Part shown: piece by piece, positions 23,158 to 37,400 of the stretch | Numbering within the stretch: position 1 is the stretch's first letter | Layout of the letters: every line of letters begins with the position of its first letter | Source of the DNA: a virus | Reading direction: 5' to 3' (one strand) | IMG/VR virus record: IMGVR_UViG_3300032050_000079 | Span: 1-64,000 of that record | DNA: 64,000 bases | The notes under the pieces: model-generated | Databases searched by the model: none | Told to the model about the DNA's origin: nothing | What the model saw: only the letters and a program-made list of their open reading frames with translations | Made by a program: the position numbers and the translations under genes

Positions 23158-26100
23158 TTATAATACCTTTGTTATAGTTGGAACCAATTTAGACGGATCC
23201 TGTACTGCTGGACTGTCTACATATAGAAGGCCCTTTGTGTAAACCTTTGCTAGACCTTTTTCTACCAGGTCCCAGTTCAATGTGTATGGTGTTCCATCTG
23301 GATAGTACTCATCCCATCCAACCATTGGCCACTCGGAAGCAACTCCGTATATCTTATATAGTATCAGCATTGCTACTAATGTTGAGAATGCTCTTTTGTT
23401 TGAATCAGACATTCCATAAAGTGGGTCAGACGGACCACTATCAAAGAAATAATTAGTCAAACTAGACATACTATTTATCTTGTTAAATATTTTATCAAAG
23501 TTAGCTTCTATGGGTGACCTTGGATAAAAACGTTTTTTAATTTCTTGTTTTGCTTTTTCTGCCATATCAGATGAAGAAACGTTTTTGATAAAAATATTTC
23601 TTACATCTTCAATAGCACCTGCTTGAACATTCGAATCTGTTCTATAGAATATAGTTGCCATATATCTATCGCTATCAGATTGCCACCTTCCTGACTTTGC
23701 TGCTTTTTGATATCTTTCTGGATCATTAGCCTCTGCGCCTGCTTCTAAGTCTTCAGCAGAAAGTATGTCTCTATTATCTGGTGAAACTGCTATTCTTAAA
23801 ACAACCATTTTACCAACAACTGCATCGGCAGTGAAAAGCAATGCTTGCCCAGCAGCAGAAAGGGGATTGAAAAACTTTTGACTTTCTTCGAGTATTAAAG
23901 TTTCTTCTAAGGCTGTATTAATATTTAGTTGAGCCAATTCAGCCGTGTTGACTCCCTCAAATCTGACTCTAAATGTCTTATTTGTTATTACGTCTACAAC
24001 GTCAAAAGTGTCACCGTCAACCACATGGGAAACGGTTCCTATTACTTTAAAGAATTGATTGAATCCAGTTTTTTCTGGTCCTATTCCTGAATATTTTAAT
24101 ATTTGTGCGTTGACTATCGCATTTTCTAAGCTGACATGTCTAACTAAATCATTAATTTCTTTTTCTTTCCATCCAAGACTTCTAAATATGTCATCACTTC
24201 TGACATATGAATAACCTTCTTCTGTTCTTACTGCTGTCCTTACTCCAAGAATCTGTGGAATTAGTTTCTTTGAATGTGCTCGTCCAACAACCATTCCCTG
24301 ATTAAATGACAATCCGGCGTCCATTGGCTGTCCATTTCTATTTAAGTACTGAACGTAGCACCCATGCTGATCGAGAACGTTATCTCTTGTCCATTTCCAT
24401 CCGCTCCATAATAGATCGCTTGCTATGGCTCCTGCAGAAAAGCCCACAGCAAGAGATGTTCCTAAAGTAAATGGAGCGAAAAGAGCTGAGGCTGCTGTGG
24501 TTGCTGCAGTTAAGGCCATGCTTCCTACTACCATAGATATCGCCCCACCTAGGTCTCCATCTTGTTTTCCTGTCGATGCTTTTATTTTTGCTTTTATTTG
24601 TTCTGCTTTATCTGGAATTGCGTCTGCTGCTGTGTTAGCAATAATATCCTTAACCAAAGCTGAGTGTCCATGTGTATACATCATTCCACCAGTCATTTGG
24701 GGGCCAAGAGATTGTGCTAGATTATCAATTGAAATAGTTCCGTCTGCACCGATAAGTGAGTTAGCGGTCTCAGAAGAAAGCATTCTTCTAGCTAGGTCTC
24801 TAACACTTTGATGGTTCATTCTGCTCCCTATCCAGCTGGAAGCAAACCATCTTGCTGGATCATTAACGTTAACAAATGCATTGGGGGTGATGGAAGTAAC
24901 AAATCCCATTTCTGGAGTAAAGTGGTGAACAACTTGCTCTACTTCAAAAATTCCATATATTCTTTCATAAGAATCTGTTAGATAAACTAAGTCATGAGGC
25001 CTAATAGATGTGTCGCCTATTAGTGTTATTTCTCCACTATATATATCTTTTATTGATTCTTTTAAGTGAGCTAAACCAACCCTTCTTGCGGTTAGTTCAT
25101 CTGGCTCTCCGGATGCAAACTTTGATATTCCTCTTATTGTTTCTATTGGATTAAAAATTGGATGCAGTACTCCCCAAAATCCAGAACCTCTAATATTATC
25201 AAAGTATAAACCTGTTTCTATTGTTTTTTCAACTTGTCTTTCTGGCGGTGCAGCCTTATCAAGGGCAACGGTTACTGGATATTGCCCATCTGAAACTGCA
25301 GTTATTTGTGTTGCTACGCCACCTATGTTTTCTTGAATTCCGTTTGCAAGGATATGATTAAAAGAGTTAATTAAATGTATTCTTTGGAACGGCTCTCTAA
25401 TCTCAACAACAGGTTCTCCATATTCCCTTGTGAACGGATTGTCTACAGCCCTCAAAAGAGAACCGGGCCTTCCTAATGAATAGTATAAAGAATCATTATA
25501 TGCCTTATTTAAAACATTAGCCTGCTTTGCAAAGTTGTCGTGTTCAGTTACTCCATATCCCATTTGAGCCAAAGACATCTTAGTCAAGTTTAAAAGATTT
25601 CCTATGGCGCTTTGAAATACTGTAAACATAGGACCAATGTTTTTGTTCCAAAAATTCGTTGTATCCTCCCACATTCCGCTCATCCAGTTTGTAGCAGCGT
25701 TGCCTTCTCCTGAGTTTGCTTCTAAGAGTTTTTTGAATTTTGAAGCGTCTTTTCCGTATGTACCATTATAGTCAATGTAAGCTTGCCAAATTTTATCAAA
25801 CGGCCTAAAGCTCCAACTGTCAGACATCTGCTCGTCATCGCCCATGACAAACCTCTTGCGATCCGGCTTAAGTACTACCCAGGCTCTTGAATATGGATCT
25901 CTCCATAATTGGTCTCTAAAAAGTCCAACCAACAATAAGAATAATTGTTTTGGAGTTTTAATATTTTTAAAGAATTCGTCAGCTTTTTGATCATCTGTTA
26001 AGAACTCTGTTCCATCTGCACTTGTTGCAGTAGTTGATGCTGCACCGGTTGAAGAAACAGAGCTTAACAACTGTGCATTTGACTTAACGGCATCGCGTAT

Positions 26101-29100
26101 AAAGGTTGCTCTTTCTTTTATTAAATTATTAAAATAATCTATAACCCCATCATTTTCATCAATTGTTACACCTTCTTCATTTTTTCCGCTAACACCAGAA
26201 TCAAGATACTGTTCTGCTGCTTTGTAAAGTGCTTGATTTTTTGATGCTGCTTGAGAATCAACGTTATTGCCAATCCAGTCTGCTCCCAACAATGAATTAA
26301 ATTCATTAGACCAAACTTTGTCTTCTTCAAATTCTTTTATTAAACCAGTCGTTTGAGAGCCGCTTAAAAAAGCAATTAGTGGGTGCGATGATGCTGCGTC
26401 ATCTTCGTCTGGATCAAGACCATATATCTCTGCAAAGATATTTTTTACACTTTCATATGTATGATAGCCAACTCTAAATTGATTCCAAATCCATTGTGCC
26501 TGACCAACACTTCTTCCATTACCTGCAATTACCTTTGTTTGTGCATCAAAGCTTTCGTCATAGAATCCTCTTGCAGTGACAGATACTGTATCTGATGGAT
26601 CAAACACTGCTTTAAAATCTTCGCTAGATCCAATTAATTTTTCTCCTGTGTCAATTCCATCTTGACTATCTAATAAGTCTATTAGAGTTTGTTCTTTAAG
26701 CTTATCTAATTCGTTTGAACGAATATTATCAAAATAATAACGATAGTTACCGCCACTAGAGAGAGAAGCTAGATATGCTTTTTGATCTTGAGTAATAATA
26801 ATTGCTTCTGCAGAAGAAAGGTTTTCATTTGGTATTAAAGTATTACTCTTTAAGCCAGTAAATTTTGATTTGTCTTTAAAAGGATTTTCCGCATACTTGT
26901 AGCTTACGTCAGTTCTTCTTGCTCTTGTGCTTTCTTCGTCTGTTATGTCAAAATTATTTTTTACAACAAAATTTCCAAAACCAATTGCAAAAGTTTCTGA
27001 TTCATATGTTTCTCCAGCTTGACTACTATAAAATTGCTTTGCTGGATTGAATGCACTGGTCACGACACCTAGTGGTACATCGTCGTGGACAAAAGTAAAA
27101 TGACACTCTTTTAATGAAGCTTCTGACATCCCTATTGTTTCCCATGAGTCTGCTAAAACTCCACTTTCATCATAAACATCTGGAAGATTTTCTGTTGGAG
27201 ATAATATTTCGCCGTCTTCATTAATTAAGAGACCTAAGAATAGAGCAGCATCTGGCGAAACAATAGCTTCTGTTTTGTTTGATCCATTTGGATCTGAGTC
27301 GCTCCACAAGAAATAAGCTGGTGCGCATACTACAGCTTGTTTTGAGTCTGGATTATATACAAGAACTTTTCTCTTTTTATAATCATCTGCAGAGCCAACT
27401 AATTCTTGATTAGTAAAATTATATTGTTTTTTAAATTCTTCAAGAACTTTATTTCTAACTTGTTCATCTTGACTATACTCATCTGGATTAGTTCTTGTTT
27501 CTAAGGGATTATATGGCCACCTCATTGCAATATAGAACTGCTCGTGATCTGCATCTATTGGTGTAGACCATTCTGTAAAATTAAGTGGCAATGACGGATT
27601 TGCTAATTGTAGATTAAAAGCGTTATCCACATCTCCATAAACATCTTTTAGTCCATCAATGAACTCAAACTTTCCATCTACATTAACCAAATCATCATTA
27701 AATGTAGCTTTATTTACTATTGGTAGTGGCATTTGAATTGTTTGACTTGCCACTTTAGCCAAGGAACTTACGCTTGATCCTTCTGCGATAGAAAAACCAG
27801 ATGGATCAAACGCAGCTTCGTTTGCCAAACCATCAGCAAACTGGGAAGCTGCAAGATATTGACCAAATGGAAAATTAAAGTTTAAAACTTTTTCTCCACT
27901 AGTATTAGTTGAAACTAATTTTGTTTCTGATCCCTCTTTGCTAACAAGATCTTTTTCAAACTTTGAAATCTCAACTATATTAGCAATTCTTTGCTCTACA
28001 TCTTCTTGACTGTTAAGTTTTAAGATTTTATCAAAATCAAGAGAGTTTAATGTTCCACTACTTCTATTTGTAAAGAATGGGTATCTAAATCTCATGGGCA
28101 AGAAATCTGCTTGCTTATGATCATTCTGAATAGGAGCTTCAATTCCACCAGCCACACCAAACGGCAAGTGGAATCCTACTTGAACTTTTCCTTTATTTAC
28201 TGGTAAAACAGATTTTAGCTCTCCGTCTACATAATATTTGTTTCTGTCAACGTCTCCAAAATTAATTATCTGACCATTTAATGGTTCACCAGCTTTAAAT
28301 ATATCTTGAAACTTTAGTGTATTTTCCCCAAATATCGACATCATGCCAGATAGTTTTGATTCGCTTAAATCACTAAATGCATTAGAGTCTGCTAGTGGGC
28401 TTGACTCTTTATTTATTTTGTTTAAGATTTCATTCATAACATAATCTGGACCAGACCATACTGGACCATCAACGTCTGAATCTGCACTTTCAATATGAAA
28501 ACCAGTAGAGATTGGATAAACCCCAGAAGTATATAACCAGTGTGGCTTGCCATAAAAAACTGTTGATCTATCTTCGAACGGCCTTACTGCAACTATATAG
28601 TTTGGCAAAAGTCTTGCGCAAAGTTGGAACATGTCCCAAACAGATCTCATGTAAGTTTGTGCCCTAAAAGAAACTTCATCATATATGTCATCATCAAGAT
28701 CGGAAACAAGACCCATTGTCTTAAACAAATTAGCCGTACCTCTTCCTGCAAGGTTCTTTGTTAAAATAGAGCCAAGACCACCACCTCCTGCTGCAGCCCC
28801 TACTCCTCCCACTATAGAGGCGGTGATTCCGGCAGGTGCTGCAATAGCCCCAACTGGAGCAGCTAGTGCAGCAATAGCAAGACCGCCAAGAACCTGAGAG
28901 GTTCCAATAGCCTTAGAAGAATCAACTAGTTTGCTTGATGCAGTAACTGAACCTAATACGCTAGACGCACCAGCATTCATCTCTCTTTCTGAAGCCTGTA
29001 TTAAACGATTCCACGAAGAGTCACTTAACCTATCTAGGTAACCAAATTTTTGATTTTCAATCTCGCTTGGATCGACGCTTGCAAGAACTGACCAGCCATC

Positions 29101-32100
29101 ATCAATATCTCCGCCCATAAATTGAGATATTCCAAGACCATTTCCTGGATAAATATTTCTTTTAAATATTTCCATATCTCTTTGTGTTGAAAAACTTGTC
29201 ATCATCATTTGCATCATGCCAAACACTGGAGTTCTCATGCTGCCGCCAGCTGACTCAAAACCACCTAAAGAAGCCATATTGGCGAAAGAGTTTCCAACAA
29301 CACCAGCAGTTCCAGTAAAAGGGTTATTAGACATAACATTAAAAGCATCAGCTACAACATTTCTGTATTGACTTGCTTGAATTTTTTCTCTTTCAGTCAA
29401 AGGTTCATAAAGAATTGAACCAAAGTGTCTAATGCCAAATTTATTCTCAGAGAACACAGATCCTCTTGTTGCGTGAGCAAAAGCTTCTCTAACTCTTGAT
29501 GATCCCATAGACAATAGTCTAATCATTAAGTCTCTTGGCTCAGACAGCCACATTCCTGTGTTTATGCCTCCGTCTATTTTTCCACTGTCACCTTTTTTAT
29601 TTGATGAGTTAATAATTGGACTTAGCTCTATCGCATCTGACTGACATGTTACTGTTACAATTTCCCCTAATTCAACTTGGGTTATAATTCCATTAAATAC
29701 AGTATCTAGACTATTTGGGTTAGAGCCATAACCAGCCCTTAGGTGAACTCTTACGCCTGGCTTTAGTCTCATGTTTTCTATCTCAGTTACATATTTGGAA
29801 TGAAAATGTGTAGCAAAGTTTCTAGACACATTTAATAGAGTATCTATTAAGGCCGCAGAACCTGCAGTTATGTCTGTAACAACGCCGTTTGCATTACCTG
29901 CTGAAACAAGATCTGATACAGTTAGTTCTGGTTTTGATAACTTAGAATAAGTATTTGATAGCCTAAGTATTAACGTATCGCCCAAAATGTCTTCTGATTG
30001 AACTATTGAAAAGTCAATTACAGACTGCAATCCATAGAAGTTATCAAACAATTTTGTTCCAGAAAAATAACTTTCATCTATTAGCCAGAGCATGTAGGTT
30101 GGAAAAGCTCTAATCATTCTATATGATTTATCCCTATATTGGGTATCCATCATCATTTTTTCCCAGTGCTTTAGGGCTTCTTTATATCCACCAGAAGAGT
30201 TAACGCTCTGCATTTCGTCTTTAGTGTTTGTTCCATATGCCCTTTGATACGAGTCTAAAGATGTTGCTCCAGCAACTTGGGTATGCACCTCTTGCTTATC
30301 TCTCTCTGGAGTAGAGGTGTCCGATACTGGAGTGGTAGTTGCGCCAAGCAAAACTGCGTTTCCATCTGCATCTGGAACTACATTAAGGTTGTCTAGAGCA
30401 ATATAGAATCTACCATCTTCTTCGGAAGAATATCCTAAAAGAAATCCTCCATCTGGAGTTTGATAGATACAAGGGATTTTACCCAAATCGGCGGAGTCTG
30501 CAGAGGGTATATAATATATTACTCCTCCATATGGGACTTCATCTGGATCGAATGAAGGAAGCTTGCCTTCTTTAAGAGAATATTCACTTTCCATAACTAA
30601 GGAATTAAATGCTTTTATTTGCTCCTTAGATCCAGTTACAAGATCACCAATTTTTAGTTCGCCATATTCTGTTGTAAATTTAAGATCTGCAAAAGTATGT
30701 TCAACACCAAGCTCATCAACAAAAGTGTCTATAAAATCTTTCCATATATCTGGAAACTTATTTGCAACATTTCTGCTTTTATTTAAACCAATCTGTTCAA
30801 TAATCGTATCGTTGTCAGTATCAAATATAGCCTTTCTAAAAACCATCATAGCTTTAGCTGGCTCCATTTTTAGGTCATCAATAAGATACTTTTTTGCTTC
30901 CTGTATTGACCCATTGCTTAACAAAAGATTTTGTTTAATTGTATCTGCTATTGCCTTGTCTGCTTCTGTTAGTTGAATTGAGTCTAGATCACTCTTAATA
31001 GGAATATGAAACTCGTCTCTGTCTATTGTCGTATTAATCAGATCTTGGTCAAATGTTTCAAAAGATCTAAAATAAAAATCTGGATCTAAAGTTCCAACAG
31101 TTTCTCCAAGGCTATCTTTTACTTGAAGAGGCAAATCTGGGTAAGCATTAAATACTCCCCAATTTTGCTTTAAGCGTAAAAATGGATTTCTTTTTGATTT
31201 AAACTGTTCAATAAATTTTTTCTGTTGTTCATTACTAATCATTTCCCTCTTCTGTTGGAAAACGTCAAAGTCAACAAGAGACAATTCGACTTGATATACA
31301 TGCGGATAGTTTGGAATAGTATTAACATTATATGACAATGGTAAAACATATTTAATTCCAGCAAGAGCGGTAATAATATTTTTAATTCCCATAAAACCTA
31401 TTACGCCAGCAGCGTGCTCTAACCTAGCTAAGCCAGACAAAAAGTCAAACATGTTTTTAATTTTTCTTAGTTCTTTTTCGCCAAAGATTGTTAAAGACAT
31501 ACTGACAAAACTGTCTTTTGCGCCTATATGTTGATAGGTTGGCTCATCTTCCATTTGAATTTGCATCTTGGCTAGATTATTTGCCAGGCTAACTGTTACT
31601 GCATTTACTATCACAGCATTGGGGTCTAGATCAAGTTTCATCATTGGTACGTCCCATTCTCTAAATGAGAACGAACCTTGACGAGCTTGAGCCGATTCCA
31701 AAAGACCAATAACATCTGCGTTGGAAAAGAATCTTTCATACAAGGAAACATTAAAAGCCATTACTAGTTCTTCTTCAACCTTAGCTTTTATTGCCATCCA
31801 TTCTGAATTAGAACGCTTATTGTCATCTGTAAATTTTATCTGTTTTCTTTTTGCAATTTTATCTGTTTCTTGCTCAATATAATAAGAAAGAACTGATCCT
31901 GAACCACCATCTTTATAATCGGAATAAGCAGCGTTATACATTCTGTCTTTTTGTCTTTTTAACTCGGCTTGACCAATAGTTAATCCAATATACGACGGAG
32001 TAGCTGCAGAAGATGTATCGTTTGGAATCGCGGGCATTGTCAGATCACTGCTTGGCTTTCTGCTTTTTATGTATGCTCTTACATCTTTGTCTTTAATATT

Positions 32101-34016
32101 GTTTACTGACAAGTATTCTGTTGCAATACTGTCATAGACCTTATCTTTTATGTCATTAGAAGTTGCTCCAGCCTGGATCACGCTAAGAATCAATGCAGCT
32201 TTATTTTTTGCTGTAGGCCCTATTATATTATTTCTTGAAGTTGATATAACAGACTCTAAATCTCTATGATAAGATTCAGATTCATTAACGTCTAAACCAA
32301 ACCTGTCAAGTAAGCTCTCCCAAAAGCCCCTACCAACGTCTGTTCTAGCAACCTCTTCTGAAGTTCTAAATGAAGAAATATCTGGAGTAAATATTTTAGA
32401 CTGAACGCTTGATGGAATATATAACTGTATGTGTTTTCCATCTTCCCATTCTTTTATAACATTAGTTTTGAGCACTGACGTCTGATCGTCGTAAACGTCA
32501 GTTGAAATTGAAGTTCTACCAAATCCACTATTTCCATTTGCATCTGTTCTATCAGCGTACTGAGCATCTTCTCCGGCCTAAATTTGAAACACCTCTTGTT
32601 GAGTTGTCTGCGCCAAAAACTTTGTTTGATGATTCCATTTCTTTATCTGATTCAGATATAAAATCTTGACTAATATAGTTATACATTGCTCCGGCAGCGC
32701 GACCCATAAAATGTCTATATTTACCCCAGTGAACTGATTGATTAAAATCTTTAATCATAGGCAAGAAGGGTTTGTGATTAAAGTTTAACAGCTCAAGATC
32801 TACAACTAGCGCAAATGGATAATCTGGAATAGTCGATATGCTCATTGAATTTAATGCAACGCCAGTAATTTTGTGAACGCTGTTTAAGTAATGATTCTTA
32901 ACAGGAAGAATTGGAGAATATTTAAAGGCTGCTACCAAACCTCTTAAAGAGGAAAGAAACTTGTCTACCTTTTCTGTATCAGCTTCATCATTAAAGTCAA
33001 TTTTGAAATCCGAATTAACACTTAGTTTTGATCCATCATCAACATCTATTCCCCATATGTTTTCGTAATTAGGAAAATAAAGTCTAATATTTATAGATGT
33101 TTCTCTATAACCAGAATTGAATTTTGGAGAAGCTTTTTGTCTAATAGCTCCACCCGTCATGCTTCCAGTTTTAAAGGCGGTGTTAATTGATATAGAAACT
33201 GGAGGAACATAGAAATTGGCAGCACCTATTCTTAAATGAAATATGTCTGGTGTGGCTGGAGCAATATTTGAGGGAATGGCCATTCTTTCAATTGCTTTTT
33301 GCAGTTTCTGCACTGTGAGAAAGTCTTTAGTTTCCCATACTGGTTCAAATACTGCTTCTCCAGTATTTTTATCGGTACCAAATGATTTAAACATTTGTTC
33401 CATGATATATTTTGTATCATTAAGAGGATCGTCCTCCATATGACCATAGTCTGCTGTTGCTGCTAATGCAGATAAAAATAGATTAGCTAAATTTGGAAAA
33501 TACTGATAAATAATGGAAAGAGTTATTGGCTCTCTTGCAAAGAAATTTCTTACTCTGATCAAGGCGTTTTGCCATCTCATGTCTCTTTCTGGATCATTAA
33601 TAGCTTTATCTGAATCTCTGCTTTCTGGTGATCCAGTCAAAGACTCAAGGCTAGAAAATCTTTGTCTTGAAAACTCTCTTAGTCCTCCTATCTCTTCAAC
33701 TAAATCTAAAATACCAGAGTTTAATACTTTATCAAATAATTCTTTTCTATATTTTTTATCTAGCTGATGCGCAGAAGCGCTAACAGAAAATATTTCATGT
33801 ATTGTTGATCCGAGTTAAGCCAAGGTATGATTTTCCTGCTTCGTCTAATGCTTTTGGAAGTTCATTAAATAAAAACTTAACTTTTTCTTTTGCTTCATTA
33901 GATAAATTGTTAAAAGGTATGTCAAAACCACTCGGACCAAAACCATTGGTAGTATTAGCCCAACCACCAAATGGATAAAGAGTTGAAGAAGTATAAGTAT
34001 TTTGAGTATCTGACAT
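23158..34016 (-). CDS. Giant virion protein (~3618 aa): baseplate-hub-like region, degenerate DPBB-like segment, C-terminal thermonuclease (SNase) domain; two +1 shifts at 33812 and 32575
   Basis: ORFs 33795-34016, 32552-33640 and 23158-32475 join seamlessly. Hub-like LKPGVRVHLRAGYG...VFNGIITQV; SNase-like VVDGDTF..RVRFEGVNTAE...LNWDLVEKGLAKVY. Confidence 0.8.
32572..32575 (-). other. CGG +1 recoding site (GGC CGGA GAA)
   Basis: Zero-frame TGA 7 codons later; +1 frame GEDAQYADRTDANG...TSVLKTN joins ORF 23158-32475. Confidence 0.85.
33809..33812 (-). other. CGG +1 recoding site (ACT CGGA TCA)
   Basis: Codon 69; zero-frame TGA 5 codons later; +1 frame GSTIHEIFSVSA...SLTGSPE joins ORF 32552-33640. 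Confidence 0.85.
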
Positions 34017-34019
34017 ATA

Positions 34020-34472
34020 TTACCTAAACATTTTTTCTACTGATAGCTTTGCGTTCATTTTGTTGGCTGAACTATTTTTTGCTACAGAAGATCCGTACCT
34101 TGTTATTTTACCATTTTTTTTAAAGGCTGCAAAGTTATTTGAGCCATAATTTAATGGTTTAAAATTATTTTTTTCTGCGTATCTTGCTTTTTGAAAATTC
34201 TTATTGTCATAGCCAGCTCCCTTTGGAAGTATCACTGCTTTTGATGATCTATCCAAACCCTCAAATGAACCCCTCACTGGATCTGATGGTCCAGAAGTTC
34301 TTTGAGTTCTGCTAGCTTTTTCTATAGTTGGACTTGGAGAGCTTGAAACATTTTTGGTTGAAGATATCTTAGCAGAAAGATTGCTAACTGCTTTTGTTTT
34401 TGGAGTTGGATCTACCCTTTTTTGCGCAGCGTTTTTTAAGTTTGCATTTTGAGTGCCAGCGCCAAAAATCAT
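34020..34472 (-). CDS. Small basic (Lys/Ser-rich) hypothetical protein
   Basis: ORF track; tightly packed between the giant genes. Confidence 0.6.
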   Translation of the reverse strand: MIFGAGTQNANLKNAAQKRVDPTPKTKAVSNLSAKISSTKNVSSSPSPTIEKASRTQRTSGPSDPVRGSFEGLDRSSKAVILPKGAGYDNKNFQKARYAEKNNFKPLNYGSNNFAAFKKNGKITRYGSSVAKNSSANKMNAKLSVEKMFR

Positions 34473-34480
34473 AATACTAC

Positions 34481-37400
34481 CTAAAAGCTAGATGCAACAT
34501 TTGAATAAGGATCTCTACCTAGTCTTGGGAGTCCATTATACATAGTAGCGTTAATTGGCCCACTAGCAACACCTCCAACAAGTTGTTGAAGCTTTTCTGC
34601 ATCGGCTTGTGATCCACTTAAGTGTATTTTATAGCTCATTGATGCAGTAGTGGGATTTAAATATTTTAAATCAGATATTGAAGGCAAAGCTTTTGGAAAA
34701 TCTGACTCATAAGCGCTACCTCCGGGCAGCATTGCTGGGCCTTCAATTTCTTCTTGAGTTCTTTCTTTTCTGGCTGAATATATAAAACCAAATGCAGCAA
34801 GACCAAGAGCTGCGTATGTTGAATTTCTTATTATTGAATCCTGAAATAAATCTGCCATACCACCAGACTTTAGCATTCTTCCAAACCTTGTATATAATTT
34901 ATCTGGAGCATCAGCAGAGGCCCTTGCTGCTGCAGCGTCAATATCATCAATTGCGTCAAAAGCTTCTCTTGGTATATCTGCTGGATCTAAAAATTCTACT
35001 GCTCCAGTTCCACTTGGAGGCATTCCGGGTGCAGCTCCTCCAGCACCGGCGGGCGCACTGTAGGCTTGATCCAATCTTTCCTGAGTTCTCATAGCGTTAA
35101 TAAGAATATAGTTACTTCTTGCTGCATCGGGAGCTTCTTGCAAATTTGCCCCTCCTCTTGCTGTTAGCTGCACAAAATCAAATGCATCTTGTGACAATCC
35201 AAGTTCTAGTCTTGCCTGTGCCGTAGTCGCTTCTCTAGCTAAAGCACTAAACGAACCGGGACCTGAAAGAATTGCGCCCATACTTTGAAGAGTTGATCTT
35301 GCTCTTGTTTTTCCTTCTTTAAGCAGGTCGATTGCTTCATCTCTGGTCATTTTTGTAACATCCATGGGAGACACTGATCTTGCAAAATCGTCCTTTAAGG
35401 TATCAAGTAAGTCGTAGTCGCCTGTACTGAGTGCTCTTGCAGCCGCCCTTCTATCAGCAGAATCTCTTGCTAGCTCTGTCATTTCAAATCCGAATACCAT
35501 CTGGTGCTCCTTCTTTAGAAATAACTTCTCTCATTACTTGAGCTGCTCTTGATCCATATTTTCTAGTAACCGAAGATAACATAGTGTCATAAACATCAAG
35601 AATATTGGCTGCACCTTTAGCGTTTGACAATGCAGACATCATCTCATATAAATGCGTAGACAAGTTCATCTTTTGAACAACAGCCGAAAACTCTTCTGCT
35701 GTTGCAACGTAGGTTTTATCTGCATCTAAATCTCTTAATACATTGAAAGCGCCTCTTAAGCTTTCTGCTATTTCATCAGTATATTTCATATACTCTGCTC
35801 TTGGAGTGGGAATTTGACCAATTTCATCTGCGACCGCGCTTCTGTACATTTGAGAAAATGTTCCTTCAAGAATAGATTTTTGTTTTTGTGCTGTTTCAAA
35901 ATATCTTGATGTCACTGCATACTTGTTATACGCAGCAGTACCTTTTTTTAAAGATATTAGTCGCGCAATATCTTCTGATTTTTTTGCTTCTCTTAATTCT
36001 TGGATTGCTTCTAAAAGTCTTTGTTCTTCTGCAGTTCCAGCTACAGCTGTTCTTTTAGCTTCTTCGTATCCTATTAAGAGGTCTTGTTTCATGCTTTCTA
36101 ACTCTGCACTTGATTTAATTCTAGCTCCAATATGATTTGGATCAAGTAGTGCGGGATCAAATGCGATTAAATCATCAACACTTTGACCTGCCAATATCTG
36201 CATGCCGCGAAGAAATCCTGTTCCTTGCGATATGCTTTTAATAGCTCCCTCTCCAGCAAATGCAAGATTGGTGAGCAGTTTGGATGGGTCGGTTGGATCA
36301 ATCTTTGCATACCTGCCAATTAACTCTGCAACAATTTTAGCCTGTGCGGTTTGGTCTGCGACACCACTGAATGACTGGAACATTTGAATTCCGCGAAGAA
36401 TTTCACCCATTTGTTGTTCGTCAATTAATCTTCCTCCAGCAATTCTTTGTACTGCAGCTGTTGGATCATCTGAACTTGCTATAAGCTCTTTAACCATGTC
36501 AACAGCGTTTGATGGAGGTATTAAGCCAACTGAATATTTAAGCCTATAAAAATCTTCTATTGCAACATCGGCTATAAAAGATCCGGCACTATCAGTAAGG
36601 GCTATTGTTTGTCTAGAACCCCTAAAGCTATTTAAAACATCTTCTACTTGGTTTTGCATACTGACGGCAACACCTTGTCTGTTAATATATAGGCCCAACG
36701 AGTTTGATGGATCTGGAACTGAGTTAATTGATATTTCTTGAATAACCTGATCTATTACTGCTCTTTCGTTTATTCTTGCTGCTTCTTGATCAAGTCCAGA
36801 AAGTGAGCTAATATAATTTCTTACTTCATCTCTGCTTGCAAAATTGACTCCGTGTGTTTGGATTTACTCCATATAGATCAGAAAATTTTGCTCCCACCTT
36901 TTCGTCTAGGTCAAGTCCTGCTGATTCAAAAAGTATATTAAATACACTTCCTCTTGTATAATATGGTTCTGCGTCTGTTCCTCTTCCAAGAGTTATTTGC
37001 ATGTCTGCTAAGCTGACTTTTGTTCTTCTAGCGTAGTCAATAACTTGTTTATTAATTCCTAATTCAGAGGCAGATTTACTTGATGCCATTTCAGCCAAAT
37101 CGTATTCTTGCATTTGCATAAAGGCTTCAAATTTCATATTTTTTGCTTGTTGAGAACTTCTAACTTTAATAAGCAATTCTTCTACCTCAGCGCTATCGAC
37201 GTCAACTCCTCTTAGTTGAATTTTGCCTTTTAATTTTTTATCACCCTTTGCATCGACCATTGATTGTCTTACTTGGTTTAAGATTTCTCTTTCATCTGCG
37301 TTTAAGTTCATTGTATTTAATGGATCGTTGGCTGCGTCAAATAACTCTAAATAATCGTCTACTCTTGTTTTTAATATATTAGCTACATTTTCCTTTTTAG

